Program-made: the position numbers and the translations under genes | Part shown: piece by piece, positions 25,245-39,600 of the stretch | How the letters are laid out: each line of letters starts with the position of its first letter | How positions within the stretch are numbered: position 1 is the first letter of the stretch | Assembly (NCBI GenBank): GCA_010909165.1 | Contig: MU008171.1 | Location: 682,001-746,000 of the forward strand | Origin: Anthoceros angustus | Taxonomy: Eukaryota; Plantae; Anthocerotophyta | Reading direction: 5' to 3' | Length of the DNA stretch: 64,000 nucleotides | The notes under the pieces: model-generated | Told to the model about the DNA's origin: nothing | Database searches by the model: none | Seen by the model: only the letters and a program-made list of their open reading frames with translations

Positions 25245-26214
25245 CTCGACGCTGTTAATCTGCGCTGCCAGATGCAGATTTGGTCAGGCTGTGAGGAGCC
25301 CGGGATCCGGCACTGACAAATCCACACCGCACTGACACTGACACTGACACTGACACGGACACACACGCACACAGATAGACTGAATCCGGCAGCAAGTGAT
25401 GAGATGATGGGACAAAGTTCCAGCTCTAAGACTCGCATTCGCTCTTCTGAGTAGAGCAAAGCCCAGCCCAGCCCAGCCCAACCCTACGTCCGTCCTAGCA
25501 ACCAATCCTACCACCCCGGGCTGGTTGCGGCATTGCGCAGACAGCGGGATCCACACAATGCTACTCTCATTTGTCAGGCTCACTGGAGCTCGGAGTGCAG
25601 GCTGCTGCCAGTAGAGCGAAAGGGAGCGGAGCAGGGAGGCTGCGGGAGGCAGCGGGAGCAGGGAGCAGGTTTGGGGAACCCAGCTTCATCAGCCGCCGGG
25701 GTAAGCAATTGAGGAGAAGCAGAGGAGACGAGGCGAGAAGGGGCAGGGGGAGAAGAAAGGAGGAGAGGAGGTGAAAGGAGAAGAGAAGAGAAGAGAAGAG
25801 GAGGAAGCGGAGGTCCTGGAGGCGAGCTGGTGGAAAGGAAGGAGAGGAGCGCAGGGGGCTGGTTTTGTGGCCGGCGCAGGAGGCTTCCTTCTCTCACACT
25901 TTCACTCTCCGCTCCGAGAGCAGCTTTACCGGGGCTTGGCAAGTGGCACAAGGAGGAATCTGGGCATTGCCTGTTTGTGTACCGCTGAGCTCTGGCTGTG
26001 GCTGTGGCTCTGCCGTCTGCGTCTGAGTCTGCGTCTGGCTCTGGCCTGCAGGCTGCAGCAGCTGCACGCCTGGCGCTGGACGGATCAAGGTCTGACTCTC
26101 TCCCTCTCGGCTCTTGTAGGCCCTGCCCTCGGGATTTACTACTCCTGGCCTCGTCACACTCACTTGGCCGCTGCCTGCCTGCCTGCCGCTTGCCTCTTGC
26201 CTCTGCCTCTGCGT

Positions 26215-26228
26215 CTGCCTCAGCCTCT

Positions 26229-26275
<47 letters not shown>

Positions 26276-26333
26276 CCTCTCAGCCTCTCAGCCTCTAAGC
26301 CTCTCAGCCTCTCAGCCTCTCAGCCTCTCAGCC
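26215..26333. repeat. (CTCAGG)n/(CTCAGCCT)n microsatellite
   Basis: Direct reading. Confidence 0.9.
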
Positions 26334-28785
26334 TGTGCCCCTGCCAGAGCCAAGCTCGGCTTGGCCTTTCTCCTTCTAGAATAGCGCCGCTTCTGACACG
26401 CTCAAGGCCGCAGGCTCGCCAAATATGGGATTCACTCGTGACTTACCCCTGCTTCTTATTTGTGCGCGCATGCGCAAAGGCCAATCCACTTGCATTTACG
26501 CCTGACATTTATGTGCATGTATGTACAACCCGGCACCCGGCTTTGGCAAGCCTAGCCAACGCTGCTTCCTGGTTCACGTCCGGTCAGCTTTCTGCTCTCG
26601 TGAGCTTGTCTGAGAGAAGTACCCGGCCTTGTGCAGCAGGAAGCAGAACGCAGGAAGCAGAAGCAGAAGCAGAAGCAAAAGCAAAATCCATTATCCACCT
26701 GCTCCGAGTTTCCCTCCCGTCTTTACCACATCGTATCCATAGCAGTTTGTGTACCGCATGTCCTTTAGCAGTCCCGAGTCCCACGGCTGTGGCCCACACG
26801 CGTACGCCTGTATCGCACTTCCCGCTCTACTTGTGTGTCTCTATTTCTCCACATATGTATGTACATATGTATTTGCGCCAAGGCTTGTTGGCTTGTGTGA
26901 ATTGCGGAAGACGCGAAAGGAAGTCGTATCACCGCTGCTCCTGCTCCATGTGCACACAACACAGGCCGCGGGCCTTAGGCCTTGGGTAGCCTGGACAGCG
27001 GGCGCATCATTTCAATAACTATAACGCGCCCTGCTCCACGATGTGCCAGCAAGTGACGTAAATGAGCTCCACGTACAAAAACAAATCATATGTGGTGGAA
27101 GCCAGTAAGGTACTCTACATACCTTACTCATTATCTTTTTCTCTTTCTATCACCACACAAATTTCTTTGTCTCTCTTCCATATCTTTCTTCGGATTATAT
27201 GGCTGTGTGCTTATTCATTATCCCCAAGCCCTTCTTGGTGGATCCCGGTACGCTTTATTTATGATTATAGTAGCATATTCAATTATATAGCTCCTCATCA
27301 TCATCAGAACTAGTATAGCATAGATTCAATTATTCGAGAGTTGTCCAGGTTTTATTATGATGAATCTTTGAATACATATTATTTATGGAAACATGGGTAG
27401 TATGAGAAAGGACATGAAACATAGCGGTCCCACACGAGATGCCTCGAAAAAGAGAGTGAAGAAGGCATGATTGGTGGAGCGAGAATGTTGATGAAATCCT
27501 TAAGTCCCAAAATCTGCTAGGGATTTTAGAGGTACAGTGATAGTAGTGGGGCTATAGATTGGTGGGTACGATTGTATTTTCCGGGAACATAGATGCGAAG
27601 GTGCAAGTAGGAGAGTAGGAAGCAAGTTGATGATTGCGGAAATGATTGGGGGCGAGGACGAGGGCGAGGGCGAGGGCGGGGGCGAGGGCGAGGGCGAGGG
27701 CGAGGGGGTCGGAGGTGGGACGGGACGGCGGAAGGACGCTTATCTGTTACTGTGGACGGGACAGGGGACGGAGGGTAGAGGGTGGAGGGCCCCGGGCGCG
27801 GCGCAAAGGCGCAAACAAAGAGACCAAGATATGAAGGCGGAAACAGTAGATGGTAGTGCGGGCGGGTGGGAGCACGCGAGCACGCGAGCACGCGGGGCCG
27901 GGATATAAAACGGCAACAGGAACAGGAAACCGGGCCCGGGTTCCATCATCCATGGGTGGTGGTGGGCTACAGAGTACAGAGGCAGAGGCAGAGGCAGAGG
28001 CAGGCAGCCTGCAGTGCTGCCTGCTGCCTGCTGCCTGCTGCCTGGACCACAAGCAAGGCCGAGAGCCCAGGCCCCAAGCCCGAGGCGCCCCAAGCGCGTG
28101 CCTTGTTATCAACCAGCTTCCAGCTTCCAGCTTCCTGCTTCCTGCTTCCTGCTTCCTGCTTCGGGCTCGCGCTCAGGCTCAGGCTTCCCTCCCGCATGCT
28201 GCCCCAGATTCGCCGCTACCTGTCAGGCGAGCCGCTTGCGCGCGCCGGGCCGCCCCGGCCTGGCCTGCTCCCATTGCAGGACGCCCGCTCCCCACACCCC
28301 AGGCGTATTAGTTATTGGACCGCGCGCTCCCCCGGGGAACTACAGTATGTACATATGTACGTATGTACATACATAATATGTGCAATTAGGCGGTAGGCGT
28401 GCCAGGAGTAGGCAGTGGGCACTGGCAGGCAGGCAGCGGCTAAATGAGTGGAGACGGCACACGTGCGGGAGGCAGGGAGTGCGCGAATCCGCGAATTCGC
28501 AAGTCCGCGAGTCCGCGAATCCGCGAATCCGCGAACCCAAATAATGAAGGCAGGACAAAAACGGCGGGGCTGGGACCAGGGCGGCTTCATTACCGCCCAA
28601 ACAAAGGCAGGTGGGCATTGAATTCAGGCGCAGCCGCAGCCGTGCCCTAATTTCCCGCCCTCGCCTCGCCTCCCTCGCCTCGCCTTGAATAGGCAAGGCC
28701 AGGCAATGGGCGTAGGCGCCGGCGGGGAAACCTGGACAGCCCGGTACACTCTACAGTACTTGCAACGTACTTTGTACCCGTTTCG

Positions 28786-29120
28786 CGTTTGCCCGTTTGC
28801 CCGTTTGCCCGTGTGGCCGTGTGCCCGTGTGCCCGTGTGGCCGTGTGGCCGTGTGGCCGTGTGCCCCTTCGCCCCTTCGCCCCTTCGCCATGTTGCCCCT
28901 TTGCCCCTTTGTCCGTAAGCCCGTTTGCCCGGTTGCCCGTTGCCCGTTTGCCCGTTTACCCGTTTGCCCGTTTGCCAGTTTGCCCGTGCCTTTGCCCGTG
29001 CCCGTTTGCCCGTGTGCCCGTTTGCCCGTTTGCCCGTTGCCCGTTTGCCCGTTTGCCCGTTTGCCCGTTTGCCCGTTTGCCCGTTTGCCCGTTTGCCCTT
29101 TTGCCCGTTTGCCCTTGCCC
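28786..29120. repeat. (TTTGCCCG)n octamer array with GTGGCCGT/GTGCCCGT variants
   Basis: About 40 octamer-length units. Confidence 0.95.
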
Positions 29121-30575
29121 TACATACTCTAGGCGGCTGAGCCAAGTTACGGAGCGGTGATCGCGTGCGGCCACCTGGGGGAATACAGCGTCATGATTGG
29201 AGGCCCTGCAGCTGCGGCTCGCAGGTGCAGCGGATAGAAAGTCATCGGACCGGGGACCGGGGGCCAGTGACCGGCGACTGGTGACCGGGACCGGACCCGA
29301 TCGCGCAGTGCAGTGCAGCGCAGTGCAGTGGAGTGCAGTGCAGTGCAGTGTAGTGCAGTTAAACCAGGTGGAAATGTGAAAAAGCTGGCAGACTGGCAGG
29401 CTGGCAGGCTGGCAGTCCGGGGCCCCGGGCCCGGATCGAGCATATCTAAAGCGCGCGCGCCATTGGCCATCGGTCCCAGGGCCCAGGCCCCAGGCCCCAG
29501 GCCCCAGGCCGCATCGCCCCGCTCTCGCTCTCGCTCTCGCTCTCGCCTTCGCCCTCGCTCTCGCCCTCGCCCTCGCCCTCGGCGGCGAGATGTGGCCAGG
29601 TGGCGGCCCCAAGGCGTGGCGCCATGCCACTGGCCGCACGCGCCCGTCACGTGCCTCGAATCCACATCCTCCATCGCCATTCTCCTTCGCCCAACTTGCT
29701 TCGCGCAATGCGGTAATCCTGGTATGGCCATGGCTAATTATGTGTAATTTGGGGCGGCCAGGGCATTGGGTCCGCGCTCCTCGCGCCTGCCGCCTGGCCG
29801 CAACCGCCACCGCAAATCGCAGGTGCTAGCTGCTCATCTCGCCTCCCTAATATAAACATAGGTTCAAGCCCGGTGGCCCCTTCACACACACGCCATTTGT
29901 CTAATCCCAGATTCCAGATGCGCCACCGCTGCCATATTAGTCTAGTCCAGGCAAACCAGGCCGCGCCTTTTCCCAGGCCCCGGCGCCCTATCGAGATTAC
30001 AGCCTTTCCGCGACCACCCATACTTTTCGGCCTCGGCCAGCGCGCTGGGCTGGGCTCGGATGGGGTCGCAGGCGTCGCAGGCGTCGCGATTGGCTCGGCT
30101 TGCGAGAAAAATAGAATGGAAGACGATTAGCGCAACCGATTTCTCCGCTCAGAAAGCTGACGCGTTCAGGACATGGCCCCCCCACACGCCGTCCAGCGAA
30201 GGGACGGGAAGGGCCGGGCCGGGCCAGGATGGCTGCCACTAATTGCATCGCCTACCTCCGCTCTCACTGTCCCCTCACACCCATCCGTCGGGAATCGGGA
30301 TAGGGCCGGGCCTCACTCCTCTTCCATATCTACCTAGTTAGGGTTAAAATGTGGAATTCACGCAACACTTGCTTCGCTCTCCCGCCCCAGGGCCCCTCCA
30401 GTCCCCACTCTCTCCTGCGGCGACACACAAAACTGCGTGAGGAATGGGTCGGGGAAAATGAAGCCCCCTTCGGATTGCTCATCTCCTGTCGGAACACTTA
30501 CACCAAGGGGGGTGCAGTGCAGGAAGGCGGGAGTTCCATGTGTCTAGTATGTAGGTGGTAGCATTCTGGTGCAGG

Positions 30576-31948
30576 TCAGTCAAGCTTCTTGGTCTCCGCC
30601 TTCGCCACCTGAGCCGCCACTGTGGCTTGGTACTCTTTCGAGTACTCGGCAGCGCTGAAGGCGTGCCGCTGGAGGACTGCGAACACTGCCATCTCCACGC
30701 ACACCAATAGGTTTTGGTACGCCTCCTCGATCTGGTTCACTTCCAACCAGATGTGGTCGCTGCGGATTATGTCTCCGGCGGCCAGTAGTTGGAGCACCAC
30801 ACCCTGCAGGACATTACTCACACTTTTTGGTCACTCTCAAACTCGAGCCTGCTACCTCTGCACAACTAGCATCACAAGGAGTGCTCACGACTGCTGCCTT
30901 GTCAACACACACTCCACACAACAGCAAGCAGTACCTGCCAGAAGGAGAAGAATACGACACCCTTGATGCAGATGAACTTGGCCAGCGGGTTGTGCGGGGC
31001 CAACTCCTTGTGGAACAGGTGGTAGAAAAGCACCAGAGAGTACATGGCCAGGGAGACTGACAGGTTCAGGCTCAAGCTTATTATCCAGCTTATCGCTCCC
31101 TCATACGAATCTAGCAGCTGCAACACAATCATCACTGCTGAAAGGACCGGCCTTATGATGATGAACTGCCAAGTCCACCACTGAATCAGTCTCAAGTTCT
31201 TCTGGTTCAAGGGTGCTTCACGAGCCTGCGAAAAGTTACAGTACACCACCGAGTTACAACTCGCCTTCTTCACTTCACTATCATCCGTTACTTCTTCGGG
31301 AGCATCAGGAGGGAGGAACTCACCACAAACAGGGTAAGGGGGAATGAGTTGTGAATCACGCGGCCCTTGATCTCATCAGGAATGATGTTTTTGCTTACCG
31401 AGATGCCCATGTAGCTATACATCAGATACAAAAAGGCTGCAATCACCTGCCATACCAACATACAGTTACAGTCAAAGCCACTGCATTACGCAAATTACCG
31501 CACTCAACCTCAATCACTCCAAATTCTGGCCGGATACATCCACCACCATCTCTCAACACAGACTATAAAAAACACAAGCACAAATCGGCACACACACACA
31601 CACACAACACAAGCCGTGATGCAAAACATACTGTACTTCACATTCAGGTAGAAAAAGGGAAATTTAAACACCAACAATAGCCTCGTAGCACTCCTTGATG
31701 GCATCCAAAAATGTGAACAGTGCCTCGCTGCCGGTGATCTCCACCAAGCCAAAGAAGGAGTTGACAGCGTAAATCGGAGCCATCAGCACGATCACGATAA
31801 TAGCCTTCTGTTCCTGGGGATTCTTCCAGAACAGCAAGTGTTGGGACACCAGAGTGGTGGTGAAGTGCAGAGAAAGCAAGGTGCACAACCCCGCCGCCGC
31901 CAGGGTGATGCTCCGCATGTCCCATTGCACAATCTGAAAGATATCCAT
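30576..31948 (-). CDS. TMEM184/organic solute transporter OST-alpha (DUF300) family membrane protein, multi-exon
   Basis: EQKAIIVIVLMAPIYAVNSF, IKECYEA, IKGRVIHNSFP, WTWQFIIIRPV, PLAKFICIKGVVFFSFWQ, YQNLLVCVEM. Confidence 0.92.
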
Positions 31949-32549
31949 CTCGCCGCTCCTTACGACAACAACAGTTCCAGCTAACACTCAAGCTCCGCCG
32001 ATCCGTCCCCAGCCTGCTGCCGGCTCATCAGTCCCTTGGCGCGTTCATCGGGCAGCCCAACGATCCGACGCAGGACGCAGGACGCAGGTTTCAGGATGCT
32101 GTATTAGACAGTCAGCACTAATGACACTTCGATGGAGCCGAAGCTTTCCGCGTTCCACATGGCAAACCTGCCCTCCCTTCCCTAACAGATATTCTTCTCT
32201 CTCTTTCTCTCAAACGCCGACTTGGAGAAAGCAACTCGGTGATACTAATCAAAGATATTTTGAAGATTGCACTTCCAGTAATAGACGCTCTTGGCATAGC
32301 TGCCGGAACCTATTGTTGTTTTTCTTCCACCTGTTAGCGCACGATTACGAGAGGAGGGTGCAAACAGTGCAAAGGTCCCTCCTCTCTCTCCGTGCTTCTC
32401 GGATCCGACACGAGTGCTAGAAGAATGGCCCTTCAGTCCCGGTAGTAGATTTCTCAAAGTGTAACAACACTCTCACCTGATCAAGCTCACCTGACATTAC
32501 TTCTACATGAATGTTTATCTACAGCAAAAATGCGCGATGACGCAGCATT

Positions 32550-34282
32550 CTACGATTCCACCATAGGCTCCGGCCCAAAACAATCGAACGCTAAGGAAGA
32601 CGGTGCCAGTGCAGATGTCGGTGTCACAGAGTTGAACAGAATGTCCTTGATTACCTGGGTCGTGACATGTCCACCGGCAACACCCATGAGACAAAAGTGC
32701 TCAACAGGGCATGACATAAAGGCAGACTGCATGGAAGGCGTGCTTGTCAGACAGCACTAACCTGTGACATCAGGCCATGCACCTGCTCAACAGTTATCTT
32801 AGAGCTATCCTTTGTGATCTTCGCCAGCTGCGACTCTTCCTGTGGACATCAACCACGACGACGATGAGGTTAAAACACTAGTCGTTTGAAACAATTGCAT
32901 GGGAGCCTCACAGCAGTGACCGAGGAGGCACCCATTCCCAGTACCTCTTTCTTTCTCTGGGTTGGCATGAAGAAGCTACCCATGCGCCCTGAATGTGCTA
33001 GTTGGCTTTCAGCCTGTTCTAACTTCTCGGCTGCAAAACACACCATCAAATAACGTCCCTTTAAAAGTCACGTGGACTGACATTGCAATCTGTTGCAGAC
33101 AGCCAGGGCAGCAAACCCACCTAAATCTGAAACCTGTCCAGCAATGTAGTCTCGGTTGCCTAGGAGGGGGGAGGATGAAAGTGTGTTCACCCAGTACTTG
33201 TTCCAAAGTAGGTCCAGGAGATGAGAGTCTAAAGAGGACTTGAAATAGGTTATGTCCAAAGGGTAATACTGCATTGCAAGAACCATACAGCGACCGTCAT
33301 ACATGAGAACACAGACCGCAACCTGCCTTCATCTGGTTACGAAATCAGTCATGGTACATACCTGCTTGCAGTGAACTCCGAAGTCCTCAATCTTGTTCAA
33401 TGGTATCGTTTGATACTCCGAAGCAGGTTCATCTGGAGGCTTGTAACCCTGTGGGTATGTTCTAAAAGCGCCGATCTCCACTTTCCCTGCTGACACAGTT
33501 CTTGTGGGATCTATGACAACTGCCAAAAACGGATCCTGATATTGCTGGCTCATCATTTGTGTTGACACATCAATTCCTGACAGCCAACATCCATACCCTG
33601 GATGAGAATGGTACCACCCCACGACATTTTCCAGCCTCCCAACCTGCCCACACAACCAAGACAGTCCCTTGGTCAGCATCACACGCTGCTAGTACGCTGT
33701 AACGAAGACAAGACAAACTTTTGCTCGAGCTCTGCATGTCCACCAGCTCCTCCAGGAAGCCCCCATGCGAAGCTGCATAGCCTGCCAAATTGCCTGACAC
33801 CATCTGTGACCTAATGTCACAGATGGTGTCATACTTCCTGCTTCAACCAGTGCTACCAATTGCCCCAGTCCGAGATGGAGAAAAAAGAAGGGTACCTGCT
33901 TGTTGGCCTGCGAGTACTCCACCATATACTCGTAAGCATCAGCCTGCGCATTGACCCTAGTTTCCGTGCCCTCCACGGGCAAGGCGAACGCATCCATGAC
34001 AATTATGGTGTTGCCGTCTGTTTTGCCCTGCATGAGGCCCATGACCTCAATGGTGCCCCCTGACCGGGCATGGACGACCATCTTGAGCAGGGCCAGCGCC
34101 GAGATCTTGACGTTCTTGAAAAAGTGGGGGTCCCTGTTCCAGGGCTTCTGCTGCTGGATAGTGGCCTGCACGGCCTCGTCGTACTCGAAAACAGCGTCCG
34201 AGTCTGCTGCGGCAGCGTCCTTGATGTTGTTCTCCAGCTCCCATGTCTGCCGCGCAACTCCAGAGGAGGTGGAGGCCTCCAT
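32550..34282 (-). CDS. CSN5: COP9 signalosome subunit 5 (JAMM/MPN+ metalloprotease), multi-exon
   Basis: [84 protein letters not shown]...PEPMVES. Confidence 0.97.
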
Positions 34283-35055
34283 CAACCCCAAACCCACACC
34301 ACCACACCTCAATTCACTCACAGCCCAGAAGGACGACGCATCGAGCACCTCCTGCTGCCCTGCCCCCAAATTGCTCGTCCTGCACAGATCTTTGTTACCG
34401 CCTGAAGCTCTGGCGACTGTCCCGGCTCCGTTGACGTTAACGGAACACCCTTCACGCACACAGCCCACAGTCACGAATGGGGTTAAACGCCCTTCTATTC
34501 TTTAAAGTTGCGCCGTGTTGGCGAAACTGGCCTTATCCGCTGCGAGGGGCATATCTTTCCCTGCCGCGCTAGCGTTTGATTCTGCGGATTGCCAGACACA
34601 GCCAGGCTGCTTGCATCCCTGCACTGCCCATTTCGGGCGCAGTCGGATTCCTCTCCTGCATCACGCGCTGCTGCTGTTGAGGACGTTTGACTTTTCTGTG
34701 ATGCTGACAATTTTGTTAAATTCATGAGCGTAGTTGGAGGCGAAAGTGGGTGCTGCTCCTCTCCCGCATTCTGTCATGCTTGCAATTCAGTGTGGGATGG
34801 AGCGAGGCTGGGCTCAGAAATTCCACAGTAGGCTGATGGTTAGCTGAGATTGTTGGGAGGCATTTTGGAGTCAAGGGTAAGTTCCTATTCCTGTCGCACG
34901 ATTTTGGCTAGTATGGCTATAGGTGCTTCGGATATGTAGAAGGTGTGGAGCGAAGTTAGAGTGAAGGCTCATGAGCCGCCCGTGCTGTCAGCATACAGAA
35001 TAAGCAACTGGTGCCGCCTGTTAGCTGCCAGAAAGGAGGGAATTCGGTGGCGGAT

Positions 35056-36355
35056 ATGATGGCTCTCTCCATGGGCGTGAGCTGGCAAAAATTGGGGCAT
35101 TGCAGGACTGCATTCGGTGGATTAGGGGACAAAAATGGCCCTACCGCGTGCAGCAACCCACAGGAATGCTGTTTCTCTGTGAACCGCTCTCTAAAGCAAA
35201 TAGTCCAAGCTAGGGCTTTGAGGGTGACGCTCTCAGGAAAGGGAGCTGATGTTGCTGCTGTGATAGGCAGATCACAATCCGCATCTGTGGCACCTGGCAG
35301 TATCTTTTTCGGTTCCAATGCGTTGCGGAGGGGGCTGCTGTACACTCCGCTGCCTGTGCTTAAGAGCACAACTGTGTATAGGGTAGTAAGGGCTCAAGTA
35401 CGGTTGGATCCAGGGGGTGGCGGACCAGATGAAAATGGAATCGGTCGAATTGTTTTCAATCTGGCCTTCGCAGGGGGATTGACTTATTTGACACTGACTG
35501 GCAAGCTTGGATGGGTTTTCGATGCGATCATCTCCCTCTGGGTGTGTTTCCTTTCCCAAAAGAATACGGAAGCCTCATTCTGTGAATATGGTGGGAGAGA
35601 TGTTGTACGCGACGTCTCCACTCCAGTTTGTCTGCGGAACATGGCTAAGCTTTGTGTCTGATTCCCTTTCAGCTTTTAGCAGCGATTGTACCAATCGTGG
35701 GAGTTGTGGCCTTCCTATGGTTTGCCGAGCGGGAGATAGTTAGAGGGGCTGTGAGTTTCATCTTCCATGATCACTTGTGTCCCTCCCTTTGTTCACCTGA
35801 CTATTTCTGTGATTTTTTAACACCTCCTTTTCCTGCCGACCTGCAGTGCCCCAATTGTGGGAATGAGTTCCAAGTCTTCGAGTAAGGGTTGATACCTCAT
35901 CTGTTCCTGGGTTTTGACGCCTGTTTGCGGTAGTTACCTGAGCAAATTGGCTGTCATAGGTTCACGGTGAAGGACGGTGACCAACGATGCCCATTTTGCA
36001 GCCAACCATTCAAAGGTAGGTGCATACATCTAGGTGTCGGAGACTATGACTTTGCCCGATTTTCTCCCGCATTTTGTTTGCCTCACTAACTTTGTTGTGC
36101 ATATGCAGTTGAAAACAAGCAGTTCGTACGAGAAGGTCCTCAATTTTCTGAACGACAGCAGTACGGTGGTTTCAATCCTTTTGGTTTTGGACGACGGAGT
36201 CCAGACAAAGACACAAAAGGTATGAGGTGTAGCACGCTCTCTGTGAAGCCCCCTGCTTCTGGCTAATATTTGTACGGAAGGCCTGACCCAACTGTTGATC
36301 AGATCCATCTGGAGTCATTGTAGACATCGAAGCGGAGGTGAAGGACAGGGATTGA
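35056..36355 (+). CDS. Putative plastid membrane protein with CxxC-CxxC zinc knuckle (resembles Arabidopsis At2g44870), multi-exon
   Basis: Transit-peptide-like N-terminus; GRIVFNLAFAGGLTYLTLTGKLGWVFDAIISLW, CPNCGNEFQVF, CPFCSQPF, C-terminal IVDIEAEVKDRD. Confidence 0.8.
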
Positions 36356-36671
36356 AAAGTACTCGGTTAGTGTTTATCTTGTTTGATGAGAAATTCTGAG
36401 TTGGCCAGATGAATGGTGGTCATGGCTCTATCTTCTACCTATGTAGCGTCTCCTGAACCACGCCCTTCGGACCTCCCTCTCACCCAATGGGTTTACTAAG
36501 GACCTGCCTGCCCGGAGAGACGCAGCACTTACTAGGCCTCGTTGTTGGGGACAGCATACATGGGATGGTGCAAAGTGATGTCTGTTTCACTGTGAAGGTC
36601 TCAAGATTCCTACTTTCTCAGGAACATGTCCTGTCAACCTGCTTCACCAGAGTTGGTGTAATCGGTAGAAT

Positions 36672-39600
36672 TTAGTGTGGATTGCGTTGGCTTGTCTGTA
36701 TATGTTCATGAATGTCGATCAAGTGATTCAAGGTGGCTGGCTGGATTGGTTGGATTTCTTTCTCTGTTAAAGCTGGCTGGATTGGTCGGATTCCTTTTTC
36801 TGTTAAAGCAGGAGGTGTCTCCGTGTCTGGAGTTCTAGGGCCGAAGATAGATACCATTGTCTCGTAGAACTGCCGTTCATCGAGTGGTTTTGTGATGTAG
36901 CCATCCATTCCAGAATCCTCACACTTGAAACGATTGGCACCAAACACATCAGCTGTCAACGCAACAATGGCGAGCCTGTCCAACTTGACGGGTTGTGCTC
37001 GCGTCGTATCCCTCGTTGATTCCCCAAGTTCTCCTCGAGCTTCTAGAGCGCGGATCCTCTCAGTGGCTTCATAGCTGTAGTGAACGAAGAGCAAATTGTC
37101 AAGCTTGAACAAGGTCATCTTATGGGCAAGTGAGTTTAGATTGGAGGAGTAGCTAACCCATCCATTTCAGGCATCTGGATGTCCATCAAAACCGCATCGA
37201 AGTCTCGTGACTCTTTCAACTTGTCGATGGCACGCTGGCCGCCGTCCACTGCCACAGCAGCAGCTGCGTATCGTTCGAGCATTCTCTTTGCGACAAGACG
37301 ATTCACCATGTTGTCGTCCACCACCTGAAAACAGTAGTTTAGATCAGGGTAAGAAAAGGTTCGCCCCAGCGGCAGTTCGCTTCTGGGACGAGGTGGCGGA
37401 AAACGTACCAAGAACCGGCGGCCTGTCAAAAGCGCTGTTAAACTCTTCTTTACAGATATCTTCTCCAAGGTCGCTGCCCTAGATAGTGATGGCCTTTCTT
37501 CATGCGCAGGACTACTTACCTTCAGACACAAAGGAGTACAGTTGATAAATCAATGTTCCTCTGCTGTGGTTTGTGACTCCGATGTGGTTAGAATTCTCAC
37601 CTGTGCCAACGATGCCACCAAAGTCGACACCTTGACAGGTTTAAATAACCTACTTGCAAATCCCATCTGCTCCAATTCAGAGTCTTGATGCTCAGCTTTA
37701 CAGGTAAGAAGCATCATGCAGGGAAGCCGTCCCACCTTCACATCTTCTGAGGACTTTTCTCTGACCAAGTATCGAGCATCACCAGGCTTATGACTCTGTA
37801 GAAACCTACCAAGCTCTAGGCCAGTGTTCTTTCCGAAGGCGTCCACATCTACCTGAATCACAGAACTGACTCAGGCCAGAATTTACTTAGCTCACCAGAC
37901 CTGATAGAACCTCGACACCTTGTGCAGAAAGTCTATGAGCTTGAAAAACTCACAAGGATGACCTCACATCTGCCAGCTGGAGAGGAGATCTGATTCGAAC
38001 CAGAGTCACGTCCCTTGTTTTCACTGCTGGAAGGCTGTCCAGTTTCCGTTCTGCTTGCGAAGTTCAGGAAAATAGGTTTCCTGGCTCCAAGGGGCGAAAG
38101 TTCATCATCAGCGTTCGAGGATTGGTTCCGGCCCACAATTCGTGTGCGCGGTCGTGTTGGTGAAGGACTCAGGCTGTTATCCGTGTAGAAGTTGTCTGAT
38201 GCTTCCCATGATCCCCTCGGGACATCCACGTTGAATGAATTGGGTGTGGTTTGTTTTGAAGCCCTCCTGGATACATAAACCTGAAGGCTTTGAGCCAGAC
38301 TGGCAAGGTGGTCAGGTGGGATTTCCATGTCCAGGAACCTTCGATAGTAATCACCGATAAAGTCAACCACCCGATTTGGATCCCCTACTGAGCGGCATAC
38401 GATGCCCAATTTCCTGAGCAAAGTTTGCATCACCTGAAATGCACGCAGTCGTCTTGAGAACAACATCTGTTGCGAAAGGCCAGATACATAGCCAACGAAG
38501 GAGCAGAGTCTTACAATTCGCCTCAAGGGAATGCCATCAACAAGCACGATTGTTTTTCCCTGAATGCCAGCAATTGCACCTGGGTCGACACCATAGTTCC
38601 TGGTCACGTCACTGGCCACTCCTTCCTTCGGGACATTGAACTTCACCTCGAACTCAAATGTGGTTCCCACTCCAAGTCGAGTGACATACTTCAAATCCCC
38701 ACCCATCATGTGGACCTGAAGTTGTTCTGCACCTATCAGAACGACCCGTCCAGCCAAATTCCAAACGAACATAAAGCTTCTGCTCTACATACTCACAATT
38801 TGGCGGGAGATAGACAAACCGATGCCGGTACCACCATACTTCCGTGACGTGCCGCTGTCTGCCTACAAACACAGCCCCATCAGATTGCGTCCAGGAGTCA
38901 AATTATACATCTCCCTCTTGACAGCCATCCTGCATACCTGCATGAAAGGCTGAAATATCCGAATTTGAGCATCAGCAGCGATTCCGGTGCCGGTGTCCTC
39001 ACAAACAACGAGTAAACGCACACTCCGTTCCTGGTCAGCGGCTGGATCAGATGCAGCATCCGCCAACAGTATGTCGATGCCGCTTTGATCAGCATTGCCC
39101 ACACCTGGATTGTTTGAGCTCATGCTTGTTCTCGAGCTCTCAGCTGTGCGTATAGCACAAGGCCGCCTTGCCTTAAAGCCCTTCGGGCTCACTTCAGTGC
39201 TGAATTTTGCACTTGTGGCATGGCTGCTTGTTCCTTTGGGGCTCGCCTCAGGACTGGAAGAACCATGCACAGCGAAGCTGTGCTCAAAACCTGATCCTGG
39301 GCTCCGACTATAGTCCCTGGAGCCAGGAGAGGTTTTAGATCTGTTGAGAATGTAGTTCCAGCTGTTCCGACTATCAGCAGCTTCGACCCCACTGAGCGAG
39401 TCATAACACAACAGCGTTGAGTCCCCTGTTACTGAACTTGATTCCTGAGAGTCGGTTCCGAAGGAATGCTGGAAATTTGTGGGGATGTCGATGGTGACTC
39501 GAGAGACGTAATCCGAGGAGCCCTGCGGCACCTCCAAATCCTTGCTGGCTTTGCTTTTCCCGAAGGACGATCTTCTCCTCAAGTTGCCTTTCCGAGCAAA

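Noticed and set aside
25241-25459. uORF whose TGA overlaps the bHLH ATG (ATGA)
   Set aside because: Its ATG probably lies within a 5'-UTR intron (GTAGGG donor ~25487, acceptor ~25314); cannot be supported without cDNA.
27526-29829. Cys/Pro-rich (CPFARLPV)n and (GKRANGQT)n ORFs
   Set aside because: Products of the TTTGCCCG octamer array.
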